Shown: positions 21,191 to 53,534 of the stretch, piece after piece
How positions within the stretch are numbered: the first letter of the stretch is position 1
How the letters are laid out: each line of letters starts with the position of its first letter
NCBI RefSeq assembly: GCF_009914755.1
Contig: NC_060927.1
Origin: the human T2T-CHM13v2.0 reference genome, Homo sapiens
Direction: 5' to 3' (one strand)
DNA length: 64,000 nucleotides
Program-made: the position numbers and the translations under genes
The notes under the pieces: generated by a model
What the model saw: only the letters and a program-made list of their open reading frames with translations
What the model was told of the DNA's origin: nothing
Databases searched by the model: none

Positions 21191-22184
21191 AAAGGATATT
21201 TCATGATACTTCTCTGTTGATGTGTGTCCCTCCCTTTGTCTGATGGGGTCTGTGTCTTAGTACACATATCTCAGAGGTCGCATAGTGCCTGGTACATAGA
21301 CAGAGCTTGCAGATGTGAATTGAATGCATGGATGGACAGTGAGACCGTGGAGGGGATGGTCCAACCATCCTCTGCACTGTTCAGACCCATGAGGAGCTCT
21401 GAGTCCAGGTCCAGGGAGGCAGATTCCTCCCCAGAACCCCTCGACTTATCACCGAAGAGTGCATAGGAGACTGGAGAGGTTGAAGAGCTTGCCCCACTGC
21501 ACAGCCAGCTGGGCGGCATAGCTCCCTGGTGAGCTCAGCACAGCAGTGGGAAACAGAGGTGAAGGGCAGAGCCTTGAACTTGGCTGTGTTCTCTACCCAC
21601 TGTGTGACCTCAGGCAACTCACCCAGCTCTCCAGCTTTGAGAGTTGGGTAACTTGCCCGACTCTCATTGGGCACCTACCTCATTGAGTTCTGTAAGGATT
21701 AAATCGAGATAAAATATGTAAAGAACTCAGCAGGCAGGTGGGCTGAGAAAAAGGGAGCAGCCAGCATGTCTGTTTCTGCAGTGCCTCAGGCACCAGGGCC
21801 TGCCAGTGGCCACAGAAATGGAGTTGACCTCACCGGCTCCCTTCCAGTCTCCCAGGCTGTGGGGCAGTGACAACCCCAAGCAGGAGGCTGGAGGCACAGA
21901 CTTTCCAAGAAGGAGGAGACGAGGCATGCTGGTACATTTTCCACCTTACTCCAACCCTTCACCCACATCCTGACTTCTTCAAAAGAATTATTGTATAAAC
22001 AATATAAAGGCATTAAAAAAAACTGCAAAGGAAAAACGAACCACCTATGATCTCAGCATTCGAGCCCAACAAGGTTGTTTTCTTCCTGTCTAGTTCTTCC
22101 AGCTTGTCCAGGCATGTACATATTTTATTTCGCTGTAGTCAGAGTCATTATTTATTTTTTGCTTGTGTAATATTTTTATCATAA

Positions 22185-25539
<3,355 letters not shown>

Positions 25540-25840
25540 TAGTGACTGCTTTACAAACATGAAATATCACACCAATATTTAAAGAAATGAGCAAAACCTG
25601 TTTTTAAAAATTTACACACACCAAAAACGACATGGAAAACCTAGGCCCACTTTTAGGATCGCCCTCTAGACAAAACAAATAAGGAAAGGCTAATCTTTGA
25701 GGAAAATATCCTATAAAATATACCTGAGGGGAGAAAGCCCCTATCATGAAGAAATGGTTAGAGCTATTCTGTTTCCCTTGTGGTACTTTTATCACTCTTT
25801 AAGAGAATCCATCACAGGCCTTCAATCTCTAGCCAGCCTA

Positions 25841-27664
<1,824 letters not shown>

Positions 27665-27674
27665 CTATCTCTGG

Positions 27675-27794
27675 GCAGCGGGTCTGGGCCCCTCGTCCCT
27701 GCAGCAGGTCTGGGCCCCTCGTCCCTGCAGCGGGTCTGGGCCCCTCGTCCCTGCAGCGGGTCTGGGCCCCTCGTCCCTGCAGCAGGTCTGGGCC
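27675..27794. repeat. 26-bp GC-rich minisatellite, ~4.6 copies
   Basis: GCAGCGGGTCTGGGCCCCTCGTCCCT at 27675, 27701, 27727, 27753, 27779. Confidence 0.95.
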
Positions 27795-28092
27795 ACTCTT
27801 CCCTGAGTTTGATGCTTGGTTTGGAGTCAGGGCTCTGAGCCCAGAGTCCCTGTGGAAAACACATCCCTCCACTGACTATGGCCTCTGTCCCACAACCTCC
27901 CCCCTCCCCAGGCCTGTGTGTGTTTAGACAGCTTGCCCTGCATTTTTAGAACAATTTTTAACTTGTAGGCTGTACCTGCGGAACCAGAATGTCTGGCCAA
28001 GACCTGTTACCTAACAGCCTCAGACCATTTGGGTGCCAACAGCAACTGCAGCTCTGGCCCAAGCCAGGTGTGGGCTGACCTAGCCAGGGAGC

Positions 28093-29475
<1,383 letters not shown>

Positions 29476-29599
29476 GCTCACCACCTGCCTGTGCAGCCAA
29501 CGGGCCTCGCTGAGCTGCCCTGGGCCGCTCCCTCCATTCACACAGTTGGCCCTCCCTCTCCCTGCCTCCCTTCGCCTACCCCACGAACTACTTCATCCC

Positions 29600-30090
29600 T
29601 CTGGGCCGGCACTGTAGAAGCCCCATTGTTCACATCGACCTCCCAATTATCTCCTCTTTCCCTCTCCCTCTGCTCCTGCCCAGACCAGCCCCCCAGCATT
29701 GACCTGGATGCCTGCCACAGCCTCCTCCCTGGTCTCCGGCCTCCCACCTCTGCTCCTCGGTCTCCTCTACCCAGCCAGTAACTGCAGAGAGCACTAAAGC
29801 ACAGTCCTGGCATCTCACTCCCTTAACCCTGGCCACGGCTTCCCAGTGCCTCCAAGATAAAGCACCAACACCTGAGGACAGCAGGTGAGTCCTCCCGGAG
29901 CTAGCTCTCCCCCACCTTCCTGTCACCCTCTGCCCCAGGCTCTGCCCGTGCTGCTGCCCCCTGAACCCACACTTCCGTCTTTTGCTTTCCCTTTCCCTGG
30001 GATGCTCTTATACCCCCTGGCCCACTGGGATATCTTCTCATCTGTTAAGTCTCAACCCAGAGCTGCTTCCTCTGGGAAACCCTCATTGGT
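29600..30090 (+). mobile_element. L2 fragment
   Basis: cacagcctcctccctggtctcc and ggcttcccagtgcctcc L2-type pyrimidine-rich sequence. Confidence 0.6.
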
Positions 30091-30091
30091 C

Positions 30092-30193
30092 TCCTCGGGC
30101 AGAGGCTGGTGTTTTTCTCTCATGCGTCCTCGGGCAGAGGCTGGTGTTTTTCTCTCATGCGTCCTCGGGCAGAGGCTGGTGTTTTTCTCTCAT
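30092..30193. repeat. 35-bp tandem repeat, 3 copies
   Basis: tcctcgggcagaggctggtgtttttctctcat at 30092, 30127, 30162. Confidence 0.95.
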
Positions 30194-30426
30194 ATGCCTG
30201 CAACAGCCTGGGATTTCCTCTCTCAGCGCTTTTTTTTTTTTTAATCAAAAAAATTTCGACGGGGAGACAGGATCTCACTATGTTACCCAGGCTGGTTGTG
30301 AACTCCTAGCCTCAGGTGATCCTCCTGCCTCGGCCTCCCAAAGTGCTGGGACGACAGGCATGAGCCACCGTGTCTGGCCCTCTCAGCACTCGCTACCGAG
30401 GGTGTTCTAATACTTCATTCGCCTGC

Positions 30427-31192
30427 TGTGGGAGGCAGCCTCTAAGATGACGCTCAGTGATCCCTGCCTCTTGGTATTTCCTGTGTAAAACCGTCCCCTT
30501 GAATGTGGGCTGGGCTAATTGACTCACTTTTTAATTTATTTTTCAGAGACAGTTTTAAATTTATTTTTCATTCTATTGCCCAGGCTGGAGCACAGTGGCA
30601 TAATCATAGCTCACTGCAGCCTCAAACTCCCGGGCTCAAGTGATTGCCCACCTTAGCCTCCCTAGTAGCCAGGAATCCAGGCGCACACCACCACGCCTGG
30701 CTCTGATTGACAGACGCACACCACCACACCTGGCTCTGATTGACAGGCACACACCACCACACCTGGCTCTGATTGACAGGCACACACCACCACACCTGGC
30801 TCTGATTGACAGGCGCACACCACCACGCCTGGCTCTGATTGACAGGCACACACCACCACAGCTGGCTCTGATTGACAGGCACACACCACCACGCCTGGCT
30901 CTGACTGACAGGCGCACACCACCACGCCTGGCTCTGACTGACAGGCGCACACCACCACGCCTGGCTCTGATTGACAGGCACACACCACCACACCTGGCTC
31001 TGATTGACAGGCGCACACCACCACGCCTGGCTCTGATTGACAGGCACACACCACCACAGCTGGCTCTGATTGACAGGCACACACCACCACAGCTGGCTCT
31101 GATTGACAGGCGCACACCACCACGCCTGGCTCTGACTGACAGGCGCACACCACCACGCCTGGCTCTGATTGATTCACTTCAAACCAGGAGAA
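30427..31192 (+). mobile_element. MLT1E/F-like LTR 5' fragment carrying a minus-strand AluJ right arm and a VNTR
   Basis: tgtgggaggcagcctctaagatg start; attgactcactt / attgattcactt flank the Alu plus VNTR. Confidence 0.7.
30678..31172. repeat. 33-bp Alu-derived minisatellite, ~15 copies
   Basis: Unit CAGGCGCACACCACCACGCCTGGCTCTGATTGA; 11-aa periodicity in four overlapping ORFs. Confidence 0.97.
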
Positions 31193-31194
31193 TC

Positions 31195-31901
31195 TGTAAC
31201 TGCCCGTGTGCTCTTCTTGCCCAATGCCCAGTTAGAGCTGATTTATTACAACAGGGGAATTGCAATAGAGAAAGAGTTTAATACACGTAGAGCCAGCGAA
31301 ATGGGAGACCAGAGTTTTATTATTACTCAAATCAGCCTGCCCCAAAATTCAGAGGCGAAGGTCTCTTAAGGAGAGTTTGGTGGGCAGGGGAGCTATGGGA
31401 CGTGTGCTGCTGATCAGCTGGGGGGCAATCACGGGGGTGTGGAAATTGGCCCTTGTGCGCTGAGGCAGCCTCTGGGTAGTGGCCACAGAGGAGCTGCTGG
31501 TTTGGGTGGGGCCTTCCGGTCATCAGTAACCTGAAACCCTGAAAAGAGATCTCAAAAGGCCAATCTTAGGTCTTACAGTAGTGATGTTATTTACAGGAGT
31601 CATTGGGGAAGTTGCAAATCTTGTGACTTCTCATGGGAATCATCTCACAGCACCCACATATTCGCGGAATTCATGCCCCTTTCCTCCTCTTAACCCAGTG
31701 GCCTTTGGAATAGTGGCTGGGAATCATCTCACGGCACCCACATCTTCGTGGAATTCATGCCCCTGTCATCCCCCTAACCCGGTGGCCTTTCATTAGTTTT
31801 ACAAAGGCAATTTAGTTTTGGAAAGGGCTATTATCATTTAAACTATAAACTACATTTCTCCCAAACTTAGCTTGGCCCACACCTGTGGATGACCAAGGGC
31901 A
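31195..31901 (-). mobile_element. LTR8-like ERV1 LTR, truncated at a 5'-truncated plus-strand Alu (~31902-32120); internal ~84-bp duplication
   Basis: Reverse-complement similarity to the 8776-9695 LTR; gggaatcatctcac at 31635 and 31719. Confidence 0.8.
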
Positions 31902-32398
31902 CCAGCCTGAACAACACGGTGAAGCCCCTCATCTACTAATAATACAAAAATTACCCGGGCGCTGTGGCGTGCCCCTGTAGTCCCAGCTACTCAGGGGGCT
32001 GAGGCAGGAGAATGGCATGAACCCGGGAGGCGGAGCTGGCAGTGAGCCGAGATCACACCACCGCACTCCAGCCTGGGCGACAGAGCCAGACTCCGTCTCA
32101 AAAAAAAAAAACAAAAAACAAGCAGTGAATGTGGATCTAAACAAAATCACAACGTAACTCAATCAGGAGGAAGAGAAGGGCAGAGAGTTTCTGTGTGGTG
32201 GGGACAGGGAGAACAAAAATGAGCTACATCCTCATTGTTCACAGTGAAAACTCAATAGATTTATCTCAGGCTGGGCACAGTGGCTCACACCTGTAATCCC
32301 AGCACTTCGGGAGGTTGAGGCCGGCTGACCACTGGAGTCCAGGAGTTCGAGACCAGCCTGGGCAACATAGGAAGACCCCGTCTCTACAAATAATTTTA

Positions 32399-32998
<600 letters not shown>

Positions 32999-33113
32999 CC
33001 TGTAAGGAGTAGAAAAAGGAGTCTGAGTTGCAAAGGATGGGGGTTTTCACACCAAGTAAACTCATAAAACTATGTTCAAGTATAACTCTATTACAAATTA
33101 AAATACAAATCTA

Positions 33114-33486
<373 letters not shown>

Positions 33487-33509
33487 TCATCAAACAGCTT
33501 TTGCTATAC

Positions 33510-35050
<1,541 letters not shown>

Positions 35051-35487
35051 CAACAGGTCTCCCCTGTGTCTGAAGACTGAGACTAGGCCAGGCACGATGA
35101 CTCACACCTGTAATCCCAGCACTTCGGGGGGCGGAGGCAGGCGAATCACTTGAGGTCAGGAGTTCAAGACCAGCCTGGCCAACATGGCGAAACCCCATCT
35201 ATACTAAAAATACACAAATTAGACAGATGTGCTTGTTTGAACCCAGGGAGTGAAGGTTGCAGTTAGCTGAGAGTGCGCCACTGCACTCTAGCCTGGGCAA
35301 CAGAGTAAGACTCTGTCTCAAAAAAAAAAAAAAAAAAAAAGACTGAGACTGCTGTTTGCCTTCATCAGCACAGAAGCCGCTAGTTAGGAACCATTCTCCT
35401 AGCACACCCACTCCCTGTGCTTCACAAAAGCAGGTCAATGTTTACAGAAGTCCCCTCTTCCCACGTCTTCTCATCTTCAGGGGAAAC

Positions 35488-35993
35488 TGTTGCGAGGAAC
35501 AGAGGACTGGAGAGACCAATACGGGAAACAGGAGGATGTTTATTTAAGGTGCACCAGCTCAGAGGATTCGTATCCAAAAAGCTGAGCATTGAACAAAGTC
35601 AGGGTTTAGCTTATATAGGCCAGCGCAAAGGCTGTCAATCACACAGTGACAGCTTCTGTCATCTACAGCATAACTAGTGACTTGGCACAACCTGTGCCCT
35701 TGCATAGCGGGTAACCTTGCAGCTGAGGCAAAAGAAAACAGGAACTTACAAATCTGACTAAGTACAAGCATTGGCAAACATAGTCAGAATTATTAGTTCA
35801 GAGAAGGAGAGACAGTCAAGGAATTTGGTTTTGGGGATTTTTTGTTTTTCAACCATGCTCGGGGGTGTCTGGAGCCTATTCTTGCAGCTTTTGCTTCTCA
35901 GACTAGGTCACTGCGACCTTTTTATAGCCTTGCCTGTTACTATCCTTAAAGTAAATAAATGCAGTACTTATGTTTCTTTAAATTTCTGCCTCA
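35488..35993 (-). mobile_element. Intact solo ERV1-class LTR (506 bp), family not assigned
   Basis: TG...CA termini with 4-bp TSD AAAC (35484-35487, 35994-35997); minus-strand TATATAA 35611-35617 and AATAAA 35539-35544. Confidence 0.85.
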
Positions 35994-36059
35994 AAACAAC
36001 ACTAATTCTCCTGATTGTCTTTCATGACAGTTTCCAGACCTCTCACTTTTCTGGCTGTC

Positions 36060-36530
36060 TTTCCTGGATGCTGAGTAATGTCAAATGTGGCACTAAAATT
36101 CAGCACCCAGGGCTGAATGAAGCTTCAGGTGTGCCCCGATCAGCCCAGAGGCCAGTGGCATGCTCAGCTCAATTCTGCTTGGCAGCAAAGCCACTTACAG
36201 ATGCACTGGCTTTTCAAACGACTGAATGCATTGTTGACTCTTACTCAGCTTGCAGCCAATATCTTTTTTTATGTGAGCTGTCATCAAGCCAGGGATTCCT
36301 CATTCTCCATTGGTGCAACTGGCTCTTGAACCTACATCAAGAACTTTGTCCGTGTTCATTTCACATTGTAGGTCTTAGTGCATTTTTGCTGTTCTTTGAG
36401 GTGTTTTTGAATATAGATCCTGTCTTCAGTACTAACCATCTCTCCGGGTTTTGCACAATCTACCCATTTGAATGGAGACATTCTTAATTTTCATCCAAGA
36501 GGATAATAAAATAAATCAGGGTCAAGGTTA
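36060..36530 (-). mobile_element. Ancient L3/CR1 LINE fragment
   Basis: aaatgtggcac, cattgttgactcttactcagcttg and tcatccaag motifs typical of antisense CR1 ORF2. Confidence 0.6.
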
Positions 36531-36954
36531 AAACTCACAACCAGGCGTGGTGGCTCATGCCTGTAACCCCAGCACTTTTGGGAGTCCAAGGCGGGCAGAT
36601 CATTTGAGGTCGGGAGTTTGAAACCAGGCTGGCCAACGTGGTGGAACCCACCCCCCATCTCTACTAAAAATACAAAAATTAGCCGGGTGTGCTGGCATGC
36701 ACCGGTAGTCCCAGCTACTCATGAGTCTGAGGCAGGAGAATGGCTTGAACCCAGGAGGTGGAGGTTACAGTGAGCCGAGATCGCGCCACTGCGCTCCAGC
36801 CTGGGCGACAGATCAAGACTCTGTCACAAAAAAAAAAAAAAAGAAAAGAAAAGGATAAAACTCTGTCCCACCACCCAAGCCCACGTGACATGTGGACAAT
36901 AATTAGCATATTCTGGATGTGAAGCCAAATCCCTATGGAACAACCAAACTCTAT

Positions 36955-37362
36955 TCGTTTTCCAGTTTTGCCATAACACGTAATCACAAACTAGATGGCT
37001 TAAAACAACAGAAATTCATTCTCTCACAGTTCTGCCATCAGAAGTCCTAAGTCAGCAGGGCCATGCTCCTTCTGAGGCTCTAGGGAAGAGTCCTTCCTAG
37101 CCTCCTTCTAGCTTTTCAGGGTTGTTGTGTATCCTTGATATTCTGTGGGCCGTAGCTCATCCTTCCATCCCTACCTCTATCTCCACATAGGGGTCCCTCC
37201 TCTTACAAGTCATTGAATATAGGGCCCACCCTAATCCATTATGAGTTTATCTTATTTGATTACATCTGCAAAGACCCCTATTTCCAAACAAGGTCACATG
37301 CCCAGGGACTAAGGGTTAGAACTTGAACATAACTTTTTGGAGAGCACAATTCAACCCACAAC
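36955..37362 (-). mobile_element. MLT1A/B-like LTR, among Alus (~36541-36850, ~37437-37645, ~37969-38205, ~38370-38535)
   Basis: ggcttaaaacaacagaaattcattctctcacagttctg and acaattcaacccacaaca. Confidence 0.8.
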
Positions 37363-38246
37363 ACAAGTAGGATCAGTTTCCGTCTTTCTGTCTCCTTGAC
37401 CTCCAGGCTCTGAAGAGCATCTCCATCAGAAAACTTGCTGCAGCCTCGACCTCCTGAGTTCAAGTGATCCTCCCACCTCAGCCTCCCAAGTAGCTGGGAC
37501 TACAGGTCCAGGCCACCATATTCAGCTAATTTTTTTATTTTTTGTAGAGATGGGGTCTCTGTTGCCCAGACTGGTCTTGAACTCCTTGTCTCAAGTGATC
37601 CTCCTCCTTTGGCTGGGATTACAGGTGTGAGCCACTGTGCCCTGCACTTGCTGACATCCAGATGGCCATAGGATTCCATGTACCCCTGGCCCCCAACACC
37701 AGTCAACCTGATCCACTAACCCAGTCTAGAGTGGTGGTTGTCAGCGGGAACTCTGTGTGGCTGCCCTCTCCCTTTCCAACTCTTTGAGATTCAGACAAAA
37801 TCTGCCCTGGGGGAGGAGGCTGGAGACTCCTGGTTGTGGAGGATGCAGGCCATGGAGTGACTTGCTGAAGAGAATGGCGTGAGACAGACCTCAGTGACTT
37901 TGGGCTTACTCAGCCTCCCTTGCAACTCATTTTCTTCAGCTGTAAAATGTAAATAATAAAACCTATCCAGCTGGGCGCGGTGGCTCACGCCTGTAATCCC
38001 AACACTTTGGGAGGCTGAGGCAGGCAGATCACAAGGCCAGGAGTTCAAGACCAGCCTGGCCAACATAGTGAAACTCTGTCTCTACAAAAATACAAAAATT
38101 AGCTGGGCGTAGTGGTGGGAACCTATAGTCTCAGCTACTTGGGAGGCTAAGGCAGGAGAATTGCTTAAACCCAGGAGGTGGAGGTTGCAGTGAGCTGAGA
38201 TCCGTCTAAAGAAAACCAAAAAGCAAAAAACCTATCACCTTTATGA

Positions 38247-38561
<315 letters not shown>

Positions 38562-38900
38562 TAAAAATTGTTTTTTAATTTTTTTTTTTTTGAGACGGAG
38601 TTTCGCTTTTGTTGCCAGGCTGGAGTGCAATGGCACATCTCGGCTCACCGCAACCTCCGCCTCCCGGGTTCAAACGATTCTCCTGCTTCAGCCTCCTGAG
38701 TAGCTGGGATTACAGGCAGGCGCCACCACACCCGGCTAATTTTGTATTTTTAGTAGAGACGGGGTTTCTCCATGTTGGTCAGGCTGGTCTCAAACTCCCA
38801 ACCGCAGGTAATCTGCCCTCCTCAGCCTCCCAAAGTGCTGGGATTATAGGCGTGAGCCACTGCGCTCGGCCCAGTTTTTAAATTTTTTGTATATTCTTCT

Positions 38901-43522
<4,622 letters not shown>

Positions 43523-43529
43523 TGTAACT

Positions 43530-45446
<1,917 letters not shown>

Positions 45447-46500
45447 TGAGAGTCCCCTCCATTGAAACACGCACATCTAATTTGTCCTTCAGTTCGCTGG
45501 ACTCCACGCTGAACGTGCCATGCTCCATTGCCCCGTGAGTAACTCCATGCTCTTGCCGGTTTCACACGGCCTCTCAGAGCTGGAGCCTTTGTTCAGGAGC
45601 CCTGGGCAGCTTTCAGGAAGCTCTTGGGCTCATCAGCTTCCTCTGGCTGAAGCCGCCCCAGTGGAATCATGGGGATTTCTTACTTTGAAGGTGGGGCCAC
45701 CCGCAGACTGTAACCGGCTGGTTCAAGATCAAGGACTTCCCCAGGCCACCTGCCTCAGAGGCAAGAAAGGCTCAGCTGAGTCCCAGACACTCCTCGCTGT
45801 GGCCCCTCCTTCCTCCCTGCTGGGCAGGCCCCCCTCAATTCTGTTTGCCAGCAGGGCCTAGTAACACTGAAAGACGAAAAGGGAAATAAAATAAACACAA
45901 TTAATAGGCTAAAGGTTACTGAATAAAGTGGCAGCAGTAAATAAATTGACTACTGTGCAAATACAAAGACATGAAGACATGAAACCCCTGCTCTAAATGA
46001 CCACTCACCAAGAGCAAGGCCTGGGCTGGAGGCAGGGAGCACCTCCCTAAGGAGCACTCCCTCTTTCCCGGAGTGAGTCCTCCTTCTAGATGGAATTCAG
46101 TCCGGGTTCCTCTTGAGCCACAGTCCCTGTTGGGGCCTATCTCAGTGGACTCAAGATCCTGAACTTCTTCCAGATTGCTGACTACACATTTGAGTCACCC
46201 AGAGATTAAAAGAAAAAACAAATAATTTCCCAGTGATCAGGAGTAAATCAGCTGGGGCAGGGTTGGTGCTATGAATGACCACACTGATTTGTACACTTCA
46301 CTGATTTGTAGTGTTTGCTATTTCCGTCGTGTAAATACTGCCAACATGGACAATCTTCAGTTGCTAATGGTTTACTAACTGGCTTGTAAATGAATTCATT
46401 CAGTATTCAAGAAAATGGCACTACATTTAGAAACATTTTGTAGCATTTCTTACTTTCTAAGAATTTCCAATAGACACCATGATCACTAAAAAATCATAAC

Positions 46501-48165
<1,665 letters not shown>

Positions 48166-48419
48166 TTACAGCAAAAAATACTTGATGTGGGCCACAGGTG
48201 TGTTTTAATATGCTTGATCTGATGTGCGAGAGGCCCTGAGAGGGAGTGTTTCCAGGACCTACAGAGGGAATGAGAGAGGAGAGTCCCTGCTGTCGGGAGG
48301 TGGGCGAGAAAAGCTCCTACCACTGCAGAAATCCTCCTGTAAGGCTCCTCGGCGGCTCACCAGGCGATTCCTCAGCGAAGAAAGGTGAGGCAGCTTGCCC
48401 AGGGTCACCCGGCCAGTCT

Positions 48420-48935
<516 letters not shown>

Positions 48936-50109
48936 AAATGAGCGCCACTGCACTCAGCCTGGACAACAGAGCAAGACCCTGTCTCAAAGAAAAAGAGAAG
49001 TGTGAGTGGTCCTGATTTTTAAAATTTTCCTTTACAGGACTTTGGACACTAGAACTAGGCCTCTTTCCAAAACATGCTGATACTGAAGGGGTCACGCTGA
49101 AGGCTGAGGGCTAGGGCCTTTAAAGGTGGGGCACCCTCTTCCTTCTACCCGTCCTTGACCCTCAGCAGACTACAGGTTGATCTCCCCTTTGCCATGAGTG
49201 CCCAAGGAGGGAACTTGTGATCTAGCAGTTTCTTGATAATCCCCAAAAGGCTTTAATTACTCCATTTCCCTGCCACGCCCAGGGCAGGAGGAGGGTGAGC
49301 GGGAAAGCTGTCCACCTTCTGCTAAACGGGTCAGGAGGCATCGGGAGCCACGTGGGTTGTGGTTTAGGAGCCTGAGCTGCTGATCCCCAGGCAGGCCTAC
49401 ACAATGGGAGCTGCTCCCTGCAGCCCCCGGGCCGGCCTGGGTTGCATAACCCATGAGGTCAGCCCGGCCTGCGGCAGTTGCTTTCCCACAACGGAGGGGC
49501 CGCTCCCCACCTCCTGCGGGACCCACAGCCCTGGGTCTCTTTCCAGCTTTCCTCTTTCACTGGCAAAGCTGCAGGCCCCATAAACTGGGGAAGGGTTGAG
49601 GCCCTGCCTCTCCTGAACTGGGCAAGGGTCGAGGACTTCCCCATGGGTCCAGGCCTCCAGCATTACATCAGGAGGTAGCCTGGGGAGGACAGAGCACTGA
49701 ATCCCTCTGGCATCAGCTCCTCTGGCCAGCCCTGCACCTGCTCTGTGGGGCTAGGGCCTGGGGAGGTGTCCCAAAATAGCCCGCAGGGGCCCGGGAGCTC
49801 TGGCCTTCAAGGTCAGACACTAGCACTGAGAATCCTGGTGAGGCTGTCTTCCCAGACCCCGCCTGGCAGGCCGGCTGGGCACGGCTGCGGAGAAAGACAG
49901 GGCAGGCTCCCCAGGCACTGGCCCCCGCGGCAACCTCTCCTGTCTCTAAAATCGGATGTAGATTAAGAACGCTCCATCTGGCAAGACCAAATGGAATTCG
50001 GCAGAAGCATAACCAGGACACTGGGTTTTGGATCTGTGACTCTCCACACATGCAGAGGACAAAAATACAAGAGAAAGGGGTCAGGAGAGAGGCGTATGAT
50101 GGGGGGCGG

Positions 50110-51250
50110 GGGTGTGATGTGTGTGTTGTGTGGGTGTTGTGTGTCTTTATGATATGTGTGTGTACACCTGTGTTGTGTTGTGTGTGTATTGTATGTGTTC
50201 TGTGTGTCTGTTGTGGTGTGTGTTGTGTGTGTGTGATGTGTCTGTTGTGTGGTGTTTGTATTGGTGTTGTATGGTGTGTGGTGTGTGTGTGTCTGTGTGT
50301 GATGTGTCTGTTGTGTAGTGTGTATGTATGGGGTGGTGTGTGATGTGTGTGTCTGTTGTGTGGTGTGTGTATGATGTATGTCCGTTGTGTGGTGTGTGGT
50401 GTGTCTGTTGTGTAGTGTGTGTATATGGGGTGGTGTGTGGGGTGTGTGTGGTGTACGTGTGTTTGTTGTGTGGTGTGTCTGTTGCATGATATGTGTATGG
50501 GGTGGTTGTGGTGTGTGTCTGTTGTTTGGTGTGTGTGTGTGTGTGTGTGTGTCTGGGGGGTTGTGTGCTATATGATGTGGGGAATGAACGTTGACTCAGT
50601 GTGTGTGGTGTGTGTCTGTTGTGTATTGTGTGTTGTGGTGTGTGTATCTGTTGTGTGTTGTGTGGTACGTGTGTGTGTCTGGGGGGTTGTGTGCTATATG
50701 ATGTGGGGAATGGACATTGACTCAGTGTGTGGTGTTGTCTGTTGTGTGTTGTGGTGTGTGTATCTGTTGCGTGTTGTGTGGTGTGTGGTGCGTGTGTGTG
50801 TCTGGGGGGTTGTGTGCTATATGATGTGGGGAATGGACATTGACTCAGTGTGTGGTGTTGTCTGTTGTGTGTTGTGTGTGTGTGTCTGGGGGGTTGTGTG
50901 CTATATGATGTGGGGACATTGACTCAGTGTGTGGTGTTGTCTGTTGTGTGTTGTGTGTGTATCTGTTGTGTGTTGTGTGGTGTGTGGTGTGTGTGTGTGT
51001 CTGGGGGGTTGTGTGCTATATGATGTGGGGAATGGACGTTGACTCTGTGCGTGTGGTGTGTGTGCCTGTTGTGTGTTGTGTGGTGTGGTGTGTGTGTGTG
51101 TCTGGGGGGTTGTGTGCTATATGATGTGGGGAATGGACAGTGACTCAGTGTGTGTGGTGTGTGTCTGTTGTGTGATGTGTGTTGTGTGGTGCGTGTGTGT
51201 GTCTGGGGGGTTGTGTACTATATGGTGTGGGGAATGGACATTGACTCTGT
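50110..51250. repeat. TG-rich low-complexity tract with a seven-copy higher-order unit from ~50551
   Basis: GTCTGGGGGGTTGTGTGCTATATGATGTGGGGAATGGACATTGACTCAG repeated with variable (TG)n spacers. Confidence 0.95.
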
Positions 51251-51509
51251 GTGGCTGGAAAGTGATCTTTCAAGAGAGGATTAACCAAAGGAAATGGGAA
51301 ATTGAGGTCAGGATGGATAAGGAAAACATGGGGCAAACTGGGTGGTCAGAGAAAGACGAGGATGGCCTCTAGGCTCCAAGAGCACCCCAGATAAAAGGCT
51401 GGAATAGGGGCAGGAGAGAAGCCCCCCGTACAGAGGGTTATTCCAGGGCCTGAGGGCATCCCCTCCACCCCAGAGGAGTGAAGGTGGGAGGAAGTGTTTT
51501 CTGCTTAAG

Positions 51510-51900
51510 CATTGGGAATAAACGTGGCTGCCAACAACAGAAAACTTGACTGGCAGGTGTAAAGAAATAGTGGTTTCTTTGTCTCCCAGAATAAAAAATC
51601 TGGAAGTGGGCAGGGCTGGCATCTGTGGGGTTCACTTGGCCTTTCCCCATGGAAATAAGACTGCAGCAGTTTCCGTATCAGGAGTCTTTTCAAAGCAGGA
51701 AGAAGGCGGTCTGTCCTAGGCACCCTCCTTCCACACAGGTCCCTTGGCCAGAACAGGTCACGTGGTTTCTCCCAGTTGCAAGGTAGGCCGGGGAAGCACA
51801 GGGCAGTTGCCATGATCCGTGGCTCACCCTGGCTGACCACTCTGTTATGCCCCAAACAAAAGCAGTTTCATTAGTAAGGAAGAAGGGGACATGAATATCG
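51510..51900 (-). mobile_element. Old MaLR LTR (MLT1K/L-like)
   Basis: ggctgccaacaacagaaaac and ttggccagaacaggtcacgtgg motifs. Confidence 0.55.
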
Positions 51901-52104
51901 GGAAGCCAGTCATGCCACACGAGACCCTGGGGAGCAAACATTTTTCCTTTTGTTGTTGTTGTAGAGCTGAGGTCTCACAATGTCACCCAGGCTGGTCTCA
52001 AACTCCTGGCCTCAAGCGATCCCCCTGACTCTCAAAATGCTGAGATTACATGCATGAGCCACCACACCTGGCTGATAAACATTTTCAATAAAGGCTAAAT
52101 TCAG

Positions 52105-53534
<1,430 letters not shown>

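Noticed and set aside
30622-31281. Four overlapping 150-213 aa repeat ORFs
   Set aside because: Automatic result of a stop-free 33-bp unit.
35771-36487. 238-aa ORF
   Set aside because: TTG start; spans an antisense LTR and an antisense L3 fragment; no protein-like features.
49963-51372. Cys/Val-rich and His/Thr-rich ORFs
   Set aside because: Translations of (TG)n/(CA)n low-complexity DNA.
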